64,000 nucleotides of DNA, taken from contig DASXDM010000013.1 in NCBI GenBank assembly GCA_036490655.1, positions 67,582 to 131,581 of the forward strand, written 5' to 3'. Positions within the stretch are counted from its first letter, which is position 1. Each line of letters starts with the position of its first letter. The stretch comes from Verrucomicrobiia bacterium. Its GTDB lineage: Bacteria > Verrucomicrobiota > Verrucomicrobiia > Limisphaerales > UBA11358. The position numbers and the translations under genes were made by a program. A model generated the notes under the pieces. The model saw nothing but the letters and a program-made list of their open reading frames with translations, did not search any database and had not been told where the DNA came from. Of the stretch, positions 1 through 8,428 are shown piece by piece.

Positions 1-70
1 TGAATCCAAGCAGCGCTATGAGCGTCAGCAGGAAGATGATCCAATGCGATTGTTTAGTTGTTTTTAACAT
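1..70 (-). CDS. 5' end of an unidentified gene running off the left edge (MLKTTKQSHWIIFLLTLIALLGF..., signal/TM-like N-terminus)
   Basis: ATG at 70-68 on the minus strand, then an open frame to the window edge. Hydrophobic stretch, but only 23 codons are visible. Confidence 0.3.
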   Translation of the reverse strand, partial: MLKTTKQSHWIIFLLTLIALLGF

Positions 71-223
71 AGGGATTTGGGTTTAGTTTAGTTGAGGAAA
101 ATACAGTTTTCGGGATTGAGCGCGGCGTGGCATATCAAATTAAAGCAGCCAAAGATAATCGTATTATGGCACATTTGTTGAACTGGTATCGTGATAATCT
201 ACCACATTAAATGGCTTTGGTGA

Positions 224-242
224 GTCGTCAAAAATGGTGACA
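224..242 (-). repeat. copy 1 of an exact 19-nt motif GTCGTCAAAAATGGTGACA (TGTCACCATTTTTGACGAC on the gene strand), about 155 nt upstream of the ATG at 70
   Basis: Identical 19-mer at 1696-1714. Both copies lie upstream of minus-strand gene starts. Confidence 0.6.
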
Positions 243-296
243 TGAATTTTGGTCGATATCGCAATTAAGGGGAAAACCTGGCAAAAACGTATAAAA

Positions 297-1289
297 TCAG
301 TCTCCGGGAGCGACAGTCCACATACCTTTTGGGGCGGTAAGTGAGCCGGAGCCAACGGTTTGACTCATCTGGAGCACTTCAACGTGACCATCGTGGAAGG
401 CATAATTGAAGCGGTTATCCTGGGCTTGATATAAAAAATTGCCCTGATTATTGGCTTGCTGGGAAGCGGTGGGGCTGGACGGATTCTGTTGTTGGGGGTT
501 CGGGACTGTCTGGTACAAATCGTTATTAAAGCTACCGCCCAGTGGCCCCAGACAGATACAAGTCCAAATGTTGCCGACACATTGCTGGCCGTGGGTGTTC
601 TCGCACAACAAAATAGTACCAGAGGGATCGCGCACCACGCTGGTACTATAACCGGTGGCATCCCAGTTAGCCGGATCACTTGAATTGGGATCCTGCCAAA
701 AGATGCCGACGTTCATATTTCCGGCCGCAGTCAAGCTGGGCAGTCCTTTTGAAGGAGGACGTTGCCATCCTCCGCTTGCTCCCTGGGTTGTGTTCACGGC
801 GACCATGGAATAGGAGCGCATGGCAAAAATGACGGAAGCATTCAATCCTCCCAGCCAATTTACTTTAGGGAAGGTGTCCAAGGGGCATTGGAGAGTGTTA
901 GGGACTTCGTCGGCTAAAAGCGTGCCTACCTCCAAATCCGCGAGCCGAGTGTTTCCCCCGATGTATTTGTTGATGTAGCTGTCCCAGGAGACCTGCTTTC
1001 CCGGGCTAGTAGTGGAGCCGTTGGCCCAACCTGCGGGTGGATACATCTGGTTATGGTCATCGGCAAACATGGGGAAACCCAGGGCGAGCTGCTTCATATT
1101 ACTCACGCACCGGGTGCATTTGGCCTTGTTCTTGGCGGCGGCCAGCACGGGGAGCAATAGCGCCGCCAGGATGGCAATGATCCCGATGACCACGAGCAGT
1201 TCAATCAAGGTAAAACCGGGTTGCGCGGCCGGTCTCCTGGCATTTTGACGGAGATCGGATTGATTTGAAATTGGAGCGATTTTTTTCAC
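297..1289 (-). CDS. prepilin-type N-terminal cleavage/methylation domain protein, DUF1559 / H-X9-DG family
   Basis: 330 aa. [23 protein letters not shown] pseudopilin N-terminus after a basic leader. C-terminal FHDGHVEVL (H-X9-DG-like) motif. Confidence 0.9.
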   Translation of the reverse strand: MKKIAPISNQSDLRQNARRPAAQPGFTLIELLVVIGIIAILAALLLPVLAAAKNKAKCTRCVSNMKQLALGFPMFADDHNQMYPPAGWANGSTTSPGKQVSWDSYINKYIGGNTRLADLEVGTLLADEVPNTLQCPLDTFPKVNWLGGLNASVIFAMRSYSMVAVNTTQGASGGWQRPPSKGLPSLTAAGNMNVGIFWQDPNSSDPANWDATGYSTSVVRDPSGTILLCENTHGQQCVGNIWTCICLGPLGGSFNNDLYQTVPNPQQQNPSSPTASQQANNQGNFLYQAQDNRFNYAFHDGHVEVLQMSQTVGSGSLTAPKGMWTVAPGD

Positions 1290-1297
1290 GTAAGGGA

Positions 1298-1645
1298 TTA
1301 TTTGCTTACTAATTGAATGTGCATGTTGCTGGTGATGATATATTTCTGGCCGGGCGGTGGCGGCGGAATCTTCACGCCGGCCGTCGCCGCAAAATCCTCA
1401 AAGTTGGCGGGCATACGCCGATTGCCAACAATCCAGCGAATCAGTGATCTTTGAAGCTCGGCCAAATCCGGTTGTCCATTAGACGCAGCCGCCGGATTGG
1501 TCTGTGCCTGGGTGGCAGCCTGCGACGAAAGGGCGGGCGCATTTGATTTACTGCAACCGGCAGCAGCCAACATACCGGCGATGACCATGAGACTGGTAAA
1601 GGCAGTAGATTGACTGAAAGGCATGTGGCCGAAAATTTTCATCAT
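1298..1645 (-). CDS. small putative lipoprotein, unknown function
   Basis: 115 aa. Signal peptide with lipobox-like LAAAGC. Lies 8 nt upstream of the DUF1559 gene on the same strand. Confidence 0.6.
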   Translation of the reverse strand: MMKIFGHMPFSQSTAFTSLMVIAGMLAAAGCSKSNAPALSSQAATQAQTNPAAASNGQPDLAELQRSLIRWIVGNRRMPANFEDFAATAGVKIPPPPPGQKYIITSNMHIQLVSK

Positions 1646-1695
1646 TATGGTGCTATTGAATAATAGAACTTTAACTGTAATTTCTCAAGTCACAT

Positions 1696-1714
1696 GTCGT
1701 CAAAAATGGTGACA
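1696..1714 (-). repeat. copy 2 of the exact 19-nt motif GTCGTCAAAAATGGTGACA, 51-69 nt upstream of the ATG at 1645
   Basis: Identical to 224-242. Confidence 0.6.
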
Positions 1715-1810
1715 AGTGATGGATTTAACTACGGTTTTGCCATTTTTCGGGAATCTTAGTCTTTGGAAAATGCATTGGGCATGGATTCAAAGTGCAGCCA
1801 AAGGCAAAAT

Positions 1811-1836
1811 CCGCCGTTGAAACGGCGGGCTATTTT
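1811..1836. terminator. GC hairpin CCGCCG-TTGAAA-CGGCGG flanked by an A-tract and GCTATTTT; bidirectional-terminator-like, in a divergent intergenic region
   Basis: Perfect 6-bp stem read directly from the sequence. A second hairpin CGCGCC-ctcc-GGCGCG follows at 1841-1856. Confidence 0.3.
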
Positions 1837-1856
1837 CGGCCGCGCCCTCCGGCGCG

Positions 1857-1911
1857 ATTGACAAGCAATTAAAATCCGAGCACGGTCACTCATCAGTTTT
1901 ATTGACAAGAC
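1857..1911 (+). promoter_or_regulatory. two ATTGACAAG words (1857-1865, 1901-1911) upstream of the GH31 gene; candidate -35-containing promoter elements
   Basis: TTGACA cores. ATTGACAAGAC recurs on the minus strand at 39450-39460, upstream of the isomerase operon. TAAAATCCGA at 1870-1879 recurs at 16304-16313. Confidence 0.3.
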
Positions 1912-1941
1912 AAACTCCGGGAAAAGTGATTTGCTAGGCCG

Positions 1942-4344
1942 ATGTCCACGAAAATAAAATTCGGCAAGTGGTGGTCCGGCCTGGCGCTTTTTTGCGCGGC
2001 GTTCCAGGTGTCGGCAGCGGAGCAGGCGCTGCTCAACGAGCCGCTCGATATCAGCGGCGATTTCCGGAACTTCGCGAACACTTATTATCTGGCGGATAAA
2101 CTCGACGGATTTGATCCGGCGACCGGCGAAGGAAAAATTGAATGGCAACGCGCCCAATATTTCACGCGCCAGGCTTTTGATAACATGCTCGCGACCCTGA
2201 AGCCGGTTGATCCGAACGAATTTCCGACCACCGAGTACGCCGCCAATCCATCGCTGCCGTTTTCCATCCAATTCGTATCGCCCCGCACCTTGCGCATCCG
2301 GGTCACGAGCGGGCCGCAATTTCATAAGCCCCAGGAGGAATTGATGCTCGCCGGACCGGTGCCCACCGATAGCTCATGGAAATATGAGGCGGTGCCGGGC
2401 GGTTATAAATATGCGAGCCAATTCGGGTCGGTGACGATCATGGAAAATCCCTGGCACATCGAAATCCGCGACGCGAACGGGAAATTACTGACGCAAACCG
2501 ATCATGCGTCCGATAATAACCTGACTTTTACGCCGATCCTGCCGTTTTCGTTTGTGCGGCGCGCAGCGGATTATTCACGGAGCATGAATGCGGCGTTCAC
2601 TCTTTCTCCGGGCGAACATATCTTTGGCTGCGGGGAATCTTTCACGGCACTGGACAAGCGGGGACAAAAAATCGTGTTGTGGGCGACGGACGCCAATGGC
2701 ATCCAAAACCAAAAGATGTACAAGCCGATCCCGTTTTTCATGAGCAGCCGCGGGTACGGGATGTTCATCCATACGAGTTCGCCGATCACGTGCGATTTTG
2801 GTAATTCTTTTAACGGCGTCAATGCGATGATGGTGGGCGATGACGAATTGGACCTGTTCGTCTTCCTGGGCGAGCCGAAGGACATTCTTGGAGAATATAC
2901 CGCGTTGACGGGGCGCTCGCCGTTGCCGCCGTTGTGGTCGTTCGGTTTGTGGATGAGCCGGTGCACTTACAGCCGCGAAGACCAGGTGCGCGACGTGGCC
3001 GCCAAATTGCGCACCAATGAGATCCCGTGCGATGTGATCCACCTGGACACGGGCTGGTTTGAAACCGATTGGCGCTGCGATTACCAATTTTCCACGAACC
3101 GGTTTCCGACGCCGGCAGCGATGATCTCGGATTTGAAGGGCGAAGGGTTTCATATCTCTTGCTGGCAATTGCCATATTTTGTTCCCAAAAATTCGTTGTT
3201 CCAGGAGTTGGTCGATAAGAATCTCGTGGTCCGCGACGCGAAAGGCAACCTGCCGTCGGAAGACGCGGTGCTGGATCTGTCCAATCCACAAACGGTCGAT
3301 TGGTATCAAGACCATCTGGCGACGCTTTTGAAGATGGGCGTGGGCGCGATCAAAGTGGATTTTGGCGAAGCGGCACCGGCAGATGGCATTTATGCCGACG
3401 GGCGCAGCGGATTTTACGAACACAATCTCTATCCCTTGCGTTACAACAAAGCGGTGGCGGACGTGACCAAACGCATCAGCGGGGACAATATCATCTGGGC
3501 GCGCAGCGCCTGGGCGGGGAGCCAGCGTTATCCCATCCATTGGGGCGGCGACGCGGAGAGCACCGACCAGGGGATGTCGGCAGAATTGCGGGGCGGACTA
3601 TCGTTCGGGCTTTCGGGTTTTTCTTTTTGGAGCCACGACGTGGGCGGTTTCACGGCAAATTCGGTGGAGGCGATGGACAAGAATCTTTACCTGCGCTGGC
3701 TGGCGTTTGGCATGTTGACTTCGCACAGCCGGTGCCACGGCATCGCGCCGAAGGAGCCATGGAATTACGGCGAGGATTTTATGAACAAATTCCGGCAGGT
3801 GGACGACCTGAAATACGTCCTGATGCCCTATGTATATGCGCAGGCGAAGGATTGCTCGGAACGCGGGCTGCCGATGTTGCGCGCGCTGTTCGTCGAATAT
3901 CCAGACGACCCGGGGTCCTGGCAGATCGACGATGAATATCTTTTTGGATCGGACATGCTGGTGGCTCCCCTCATGCATGAAGGCGAGACGGGACGGAATG
4001 TTTATCTGCCCCCGGGCAACTGGATCGATTTCCAGACGGGGAAAAATTATTCCGGCGGGTGGAATGTCATCCAGGCCGGTGAAATTCCGGCCGTCATTCT
4101 CGTGCGTGACGGTTCGGTGATCCCGGAAATTCAACTGGCGCAATCCACGATGCAGATGGATTGGTCAAAGATCAAACTGGCGGTGTTTGCCACGGGCGCA
4201 ACGCCGGCGAAGGGATCCATCTTCCTGCCGGGTGATACTGAACTGCACGAATTGACGTTGAGCAAACATAGCGGGACTTTCCAACTGGACAGCGATCCGT
4301 TTGCCGGCAAGGTGACGTGGGAGATCGGCACGGCCAACGATTGA
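1942..4344 (+). CDS. glycoside hydrolase family 31, YicI-type alpha-xylosidase-like
   Basis: 800 aa with a signal peptide. GH31 motifs IKVDFGE, IHWGGD, WSHDVGGF and IHLDTGWF. Confidence 0.9.
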   Translation: MSTKIKFGKWWSGLALFCAAFQVSAAEQALLNEPLDISGDFRNFANTYYLADKLDGFDPATGEGKIEWQRAQYFTRQAFDNMLATLKPVDPNEFPTTEYAANPSLPFSIQFVSPRTLRIRVTSGPQFHKPQEELMLAGPVPTDSSWKYEAVPGGYKYASQFGSVTIMENPWHIEIRDANGKLLTQTDHASDNNLTFTPILPFSFVRRAADYSRSMNAAFTLSPGEHIFGCGESFTALDKRGQKIVLWATDANGIQNQKMYKPIPFFMSSRGYGMFIHTSSPITCDFGNSFNGVNAMMVGDDELDLFVFLGEPKDILGEYTALTGRSPLPPLWSFGLWMSRCTYSREDQVRDVAAKLRTNEIPCDVIHLDTGWFETDWRCDYQFSTNRFPTPAAMISDLKGEGFHISCWQLPYFVPKNSLFQELVDKNLVVRDAKGNLPSEDAVLDLSNPQTVDWYQDHLATLLKMGVGAIKVDFGEAAPADGIYADGRSGFYEHNLYPLRYNKAVADVTKRISGDNIIWARSAWAGSQRYPIHWGGDAESTDQGMSAELRGGLSFGLSGFSFWSHDVGGFTANSVEAMDKNLYLRWLAFGMLTSHSRCHGIAPKEPWNYGEDFMNKFRQVDDLKYVLMPYVYAQAKDCSERGLPMLRALFVEYPDDPGSWQIDDEYLFGSDMLVAPLMHEGETGRNVYLPPGNWIDFQTGKNYSGGWNVIQAGEIPAVILVRDGSVIPEIQLAQSTMQMDWSKIKLAVFATGATPAKGSIFLPGDTELHELTLSKHSGTFQLDSDPFAGKVTWEIGTAND

Positions 4345-4345
4345 A

Positions 4346-6496
4346 ATGAAGTACTTTGCCGCCATGGCGGTGCTGTGCGGCGGTCTGTTCCTCGCGCGTG
4401 AGACCGTGGCAGATACTTCCTACCAGTGGCGCAACGTGGCCATTGACGGCGGGGGGTTCGTCACGGGCCTGATCATGCATCCGGGGGTGAAAGATTTGCT
4501 TTATGCGCGGACCGATGTGGGAGGCGCGTATCGCTGGGACGCAACGGCGCGATGCTGGATTCCGCTCACTGATTCTTTCGGAGGGATGGATTTCACGGGC
4601 ATCGAAAGCCTGGCGCTGGACCCCAATGACACAAACCGGGTCTATCTGGCGGCAGGAATCTATGAGAGCACCCGCGCGGCAATTTTTCGCTCGGACGACC
4701 AGGGCCGCACCTGGCAGGAGACGGATGTGGCGTTCAAGATGGGCGGCAATGAATCCGGACGGTTCAATGGTGAACGGCTCGCGGTGGATCCGGAGGACGG
4801 CAAAATTCTTTTTTTCGGCTCGCGCCGCGATGGACTATGGAAAAGTTCTGATCGGGGGGTTACGTGGACAAAAGTGCCAGGGTTTCCGCAGGTGGAACAA
4901 GCTCCTGACACATATGGTTTTGGCTTTGGTTCAACGCCAGTCGGAATCGTCTGCATTCTGTTTGATAAGCCGGCCATTTACGCAGCGGTTTCGATGACGG
5001 GTACGAATTTATTCCGCAGTGACGACGGCGGGAACACGTGGCAAGGGGTGCCCGGCCAGCCAATCGGATTGCGCCCAAATCATTTGGTGCGGGCATCTGA
5101 TGGGGAATTGTACTTGAGCTATGGCGATAACGCGGGGCCGTCCGTCATGACGGATGGGGCAGTCTGGAAATTTAATCCAAAGAGCGGGGCATGGGCGGAG
5201 ATCACGCCGCTGAAATCGCCGGATGGCGGCCAGGCTTTCGGATACGGCGCAGTCGCGGTGGACGCTGCGAATCCGCAAGTGATCGTGGCTTCAACGTTTT
5301 GCCGGTGGCATCCGCATGACGAACTTTTTCGGAGCACCAACGGCGGGGCAAGCTGGACGCCGTTGTTAGGCGGGGCGCATTTTGATCATTCGGCAGCCCC
5401 CTATACGGCAAGCCGGATTCCGCACTGGATGGGCAGCGTGGTGATCAATCCCTTTGATTCGAATCAAGCCTGGTTCACCACGGGTTACGGTGTCTGGTGC
5501 GGCACTAATTTGACGATGGCGGATGCAGGCCGGGCAACGGATTGGATTTTTGCGGACAATGGACTGGAAGAAACTGTGCCGCTGGCGCTCATCAGCCCGC
5601 CCGAAGGGGCCCATCTGCTCAGCGGCCTTGGGGACATTGACGGATTCCGGCACGATGACTTGACGGTCCCGCCGCCGACAGGAAGTTATTCAGGACCGCG
5701 ATTCAACTCCACGGAAAGTCTCGTCTTCGCCGGGAATAATTCCCGGGTCATTGCACGGACTGGAATCACGAAGGGCCAGCCGCGCGCCGCGGTTTCTGAA
5801 GATGGAGGGGAAACCTGGAGCCTGTTGCCGCAGTATCCCAACCGCGGCCGGAGCAGCGGAACGATCGCGCTTTCCGCCGATGGGGCGACGCTTGTTTTGG
5901 TTCCGCGCCCCGGCGGTCCTTGTTATATCACCGAAGCGGGAACGAACTGGATCAATTGTTCCGGCCTTTCACCGGGAGTTCGTGTGGCTGCCGATGCGGT
6001 GAATCCCGCGCGTTTTTACGCCTTTGATGCACGGACGGGAAATGTTTTGGCCAGCACAAACGGCGCGAGAAATTTTTTTGAAGCCGGCAAGACCGTGCAA
6101 GTGGAGGATGGTTTTTGGCGTGGCATCACCTTGTCGGCCACGCCGGGCCGGGAAGGAGACCTGTGGCTATCGTTGCAGGAGGGTGGCCTGTATCATTCAA
6201 CCGACGGCGGGATGAGCTTCGTGAAAGTTGAGCCAATACAGGAGGCCGGGGCCATCGGGTTCGGCAAGGCGGCGGACGGGAAAACGTTTCCAGCATTATA
6301 TCTGGCCGGGGCCGTAGGAAAGGTTGAGGGCATTTATCGTTCACTGGACGCAGGCGCAACCTGGACGCAGATCAACGATGAGCAGCATCAATACGGCACG
6401 ATCAGCCACATCACCGGGGACCCGCGCGTTTTTGGCCGGGTTTATCTTGCCACGGGCGGACGCGGCGTTATTTACGGCGACGAAAGGAAAGAATAA
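4346..6496 (+). CDS. glycoside hydrolase family 74 xyloglucanase-like (double beta-propeller, BNR/Asp-box repeats)
   Basis: 716 aa. N-terminus YQWRNVAIDGGGFVTGL...YARTDVGGAYRW is typical of GH74. Asp-boxes SDDQGRTW, SSDRGVTW, SDDGGNTW, STNGGASW, SEDGGETW, SLDAGATW. Starts 1 nt after the GH31 stop. Confidence 0.8.
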   Translation: MKYFAAMAVLCGGLFLARETVADTSYQWRNVAIDGGGFVTGLIMHPGVKDLLYARTDVGGAYRWDATARCWIPLTDSFGGMDFTGIESLALDPNDTNRVYLAAGIYESTRAAIFRSDDQGRTWQETDVAFKMGGNESGRFNGERLAVDPEDGKILFFGSRRDGLWKSSDRGVTWTKVPGFPQVEQAPDTYGFGFGSTPVGIVCILFDKPAIYAAVSMTGTNLFRSDDGGNTWQGVPGQPIGLRPNHLVRASDGELYLSYGDNAGPSVMTDGAVWKFNPKSGAWAEITPLKSPDGGQAFGYGAVAVDAANPQVIVASTFCRWHPHDELFRSTNGGASWTPLLGGAHFDHSAAPYTASRIPHWMGSVVINPFDSNQAWFTTGYGVWCGTNLTMADAGRATDWIFADNGLEETVPLALISPPEGAHLLSGLGDIDGFRHDDLTVPPPTGSYSGPRFNSTESLVFAGNNSRVIARTGITKGQPRAAVSEDGGETWSLLPQYPNRGRSSGTIALSADGATLVLVPRPGGPCYITEAGTNWINCSGLSPGVRVAADAVNPARFYAFDARTGNVLASTNGARNFFEAGKTVQVEDGFWRGITLSATPGREGDLWLSLQEGGLYHSTDGGMSFVKVEPIQEAGAIGFGKAADGKTFPALYLAGAVGKVEGIYRSLDAGATWTQINDEQHQYGTISHITGDPRVFGRVYLATGGRGVIYGDERKE

Positions 6497-6499
6497 TTT

Positions 6500-8377
6500 A
6501 TGAAACGGTTCATCATCAGCCTCGGTCTCCTGCTTGCCCTGCCTTGCGTGGCCGGCAATTACACCAACTTCGACGTGGCGATTTATATCCCGGTGAACGT
6601 CGTGCACAGCTTCGAAAACCCGGAGGTGTTGAGCAACCAATGGAACAACATCAGCCGGCAGTTGAAGGTGGACAAGGTGTATATCGAAGTGCAGCGGGAC
6701 CGGCAGACGAACAGTGATGCGCTGCTCGAAAACGTCAAAAAATTCTTTCTCGACCACGGGGTACGCGTGGCGGGTGGCATGGCGCTCTCTGATGGAAGCA
6801 TCGGCGGCCAGTTCAAATCATTTTGCTATACCGACCCGAATGACCGCGCCTTTATCCAAAGCGCGGCGGAATTGGCGGCCCGGCATTTCGACGAAATCAT
6901 CCAGGACGATTTCTTTTTTGTGACCACGAAAAACGACTCGGACATCGCGGCCAAGGGGGACAAAAGCTGGGAGCAATTCCGGTTGGGACTGATGGATGAT
7001 GCCGCGGAAAACCTGATCATCAAGCCCGCGCGCGCGATCAATCCGCGGGTGAAGCTGATCATCAAATTTCCGAACTGGTATGAGCATTTCCAGGGATTGG
7101 GCTATGACCTTGATCGTGAGCCGAAGCTTTTCGACGGGATCTATACCGGCACAGAAACACGCGACCCGGTCATCACGGACCAGCATTTGCAACAGTACGA
7201 AAGTTATGAAGCTTTCCGGTATTTTGAAAATATCGCCCCGGGCCGCGACGGCGGCGGTTGGGTGGATACTTACAGCATCCGTTACATCGACCGGTACGCC
7301 GAGCAGTTATGGGACACGATGTTCGCCAAGGCGCCGCAAATCATGCTTTTCGAATGGTCGGCGATGAGCCGGCCCATCATGCCGGGCGACCGCGCGGCGT
7401 GGGAAAATCAGGGGACGAGTTTCAACTACGAACAAATGTTGCAGTCCCATCCTGATCCAACCATGGCGACCGTGGTGGGATATTCATTGGAACAGGTGGA
7501 CCCGTTCCTGGGAAAACTTGGGAATCCCATCGGCATCGCCTGCTACAAGCCGTACCAATCCAGCGGCGAGGATTTTTTGCATAATTATTTTGGCATGATG
7601 GGGATCCCGATCGAGATGCACCCGGAATTTCCGACGAATGCCAACATGGTCCTGCTGACCGAATCGGCAAAATTTGACCCGGACATCGTCGCCAGGATCA
7701 AAAGCCAACTATGCGCCGGAAAATCCGTGGTCATCACGTCCGGCCTGTTGCGCGCGCTGCAAAATCGAGGGATCGAAGACATCGCTGAAGTGCGAAGCAC
7801 CGACCGAAAATTTCTCGCGCACGAATTTTCCGGGGGCTTTGGCGCCGGTAATTTTTCGACACTGGGCAACGATAACCAGCCGGACATTTTGTTTCCCGAG
7901 ATCGATTTTCTGACGAACGACGCATGGTCACTGGTCCGGGCCGAGGCCAACGGCAACGCCACGCCGTTGATGCTGATGGACCGCTACTCCAAAGGGGTGC
8001 TCTACGTCTGGGTGATCCCGGACAATTTCAACGACCTGTATTCGCTGCCGCCCCAGGTCACCGGCGCGATCAAAAATTATGTCATGAAGGGGTTCCCGGT
8101 GCGGGTGGACGGCCCGTCGCAGGTGGCGTTATTTGCCTATGACAATGACACGTTCATCGTCGAATCGTTTTTGCCGACGGCGGCCGATGTGAAAATTTCA
8201 GTCACGGGAAGTTTCCCGCATCTGAAAAACCTGGTCACCGGCGAGAGGCTGGAGGGGCAGGCGCATGTCGAATCGCCGTGGGAACGCCGAAACAACCTGG
8301 AGGGCGAAAATGGGGTTTCGTTCAAGATCCATTTGCCGCCGCACAGTTATGAAGTTTTCGCGGCAGAAAATAAATGA
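6500..8377 (+). CDS. secreted protein of unknown function (candidate novel CAZyme)
   Basis: 625 aa. Signal peptide MKRFIISLGLLLALPCVAG. Starts 3 nt after the GH74 stop. No family motif recognised. Confidence 0.75.
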   Translation: MKRFIISLGLLLALPCVAGNYTNFDVAIYIPVNVVHSFENPEVLSNQWNNISRQLKVDKVYIEVQRDRQTNSDALLENVKKFFLDHGVRVAGGMALSDGSIGGQFKSFCYTDPNDRAFIQSAAELAARHFDEIIQDDFFFVTTKNDSDIAAKGDKSWEQFRLGLMDDAAENLIIKPARAINPRVKLIIKFPNWYEHFQGLGYDLDREPKLFDGIYTGTETRDPVITDQHLQQYESYEAFRYFENIAPGRDGGGWVDTYSIRYIDRYAEQLWDTMFAKAPQIMLFEWSAMSRPIMPGDRAAWENQGTSFNYEQMLQSHPDPTMATVVGYSLEQVDPFLGKLGNPIGIACYKPYQSSGEDFLHNYFGMMGIPIEMHPEFPTNANMVLLTESAKFDPDIVARIKSQLCAGKSVVITSGLLRALQNRGIEDIAEVRSTDRKFLAHEFSGGFGAGNFSTLGNDNQPDILFPEIDFLTNDAWSLVRAEANGNATPLMLMDRYSKGVLYVWVIPDNFNDLYSLPPQVTGAIKNYVMKGFPVRVDGPSQVALFAYDNDTFIVESFLPTAADVKISVTGSFPHLKNLVTGERLEGQAHVESPWERRNNLEGENGVSFKIHLPPHSYEVFAAENK

Positions 8378-8401
8378 GGGTCGGGGGGTCGCAGCTTTAA
8401 A

Positions 8402-8428
8402 ATGCGGTTGAAATCCGCCGTGCCGCAT
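8402..8428. terminator. hairpin ATGCGG...CCGCAT (inner GCGG-TTGAAAT-CCGC) between convergent genes
   Basis: Inverted repeat read from the sequence, flanked by TTTAAAA and AAATTTTC. Shares AAATCCGCCGT and a TTGAAA loop with the hairpin at 1806-1828. Confidence 0.3.

Noticed and set aside
1756-2325. 189-aa minus-strand ORF across the GH31 promoter and 5' end
   Set aside because: It overlaps the GH31 start and signal-peptide region antisense. Arg-rich with no motifs.
2575-3540. 321-aa minus-strand ORF (and nested 2571-2966, 2819-3289) inside the GH31 gene
   Set aside because: This is a shadow ORF antisense to a well-supported gene. It has Arg/His/Ala/Pro-rich low-complexity composition typical of antisense frames in GC-rich DNA, and no motifs.
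4346-6496. BNR/Asp-box protein as a sialidase
   Set aside because: The N-terminal YxWxNVxIxGGGFVxG...YARTDxGGAYRW block, the ~716-aa double-propeller length and the adjacency to GH31 fit GH74 xyloglucanase better than GH33.
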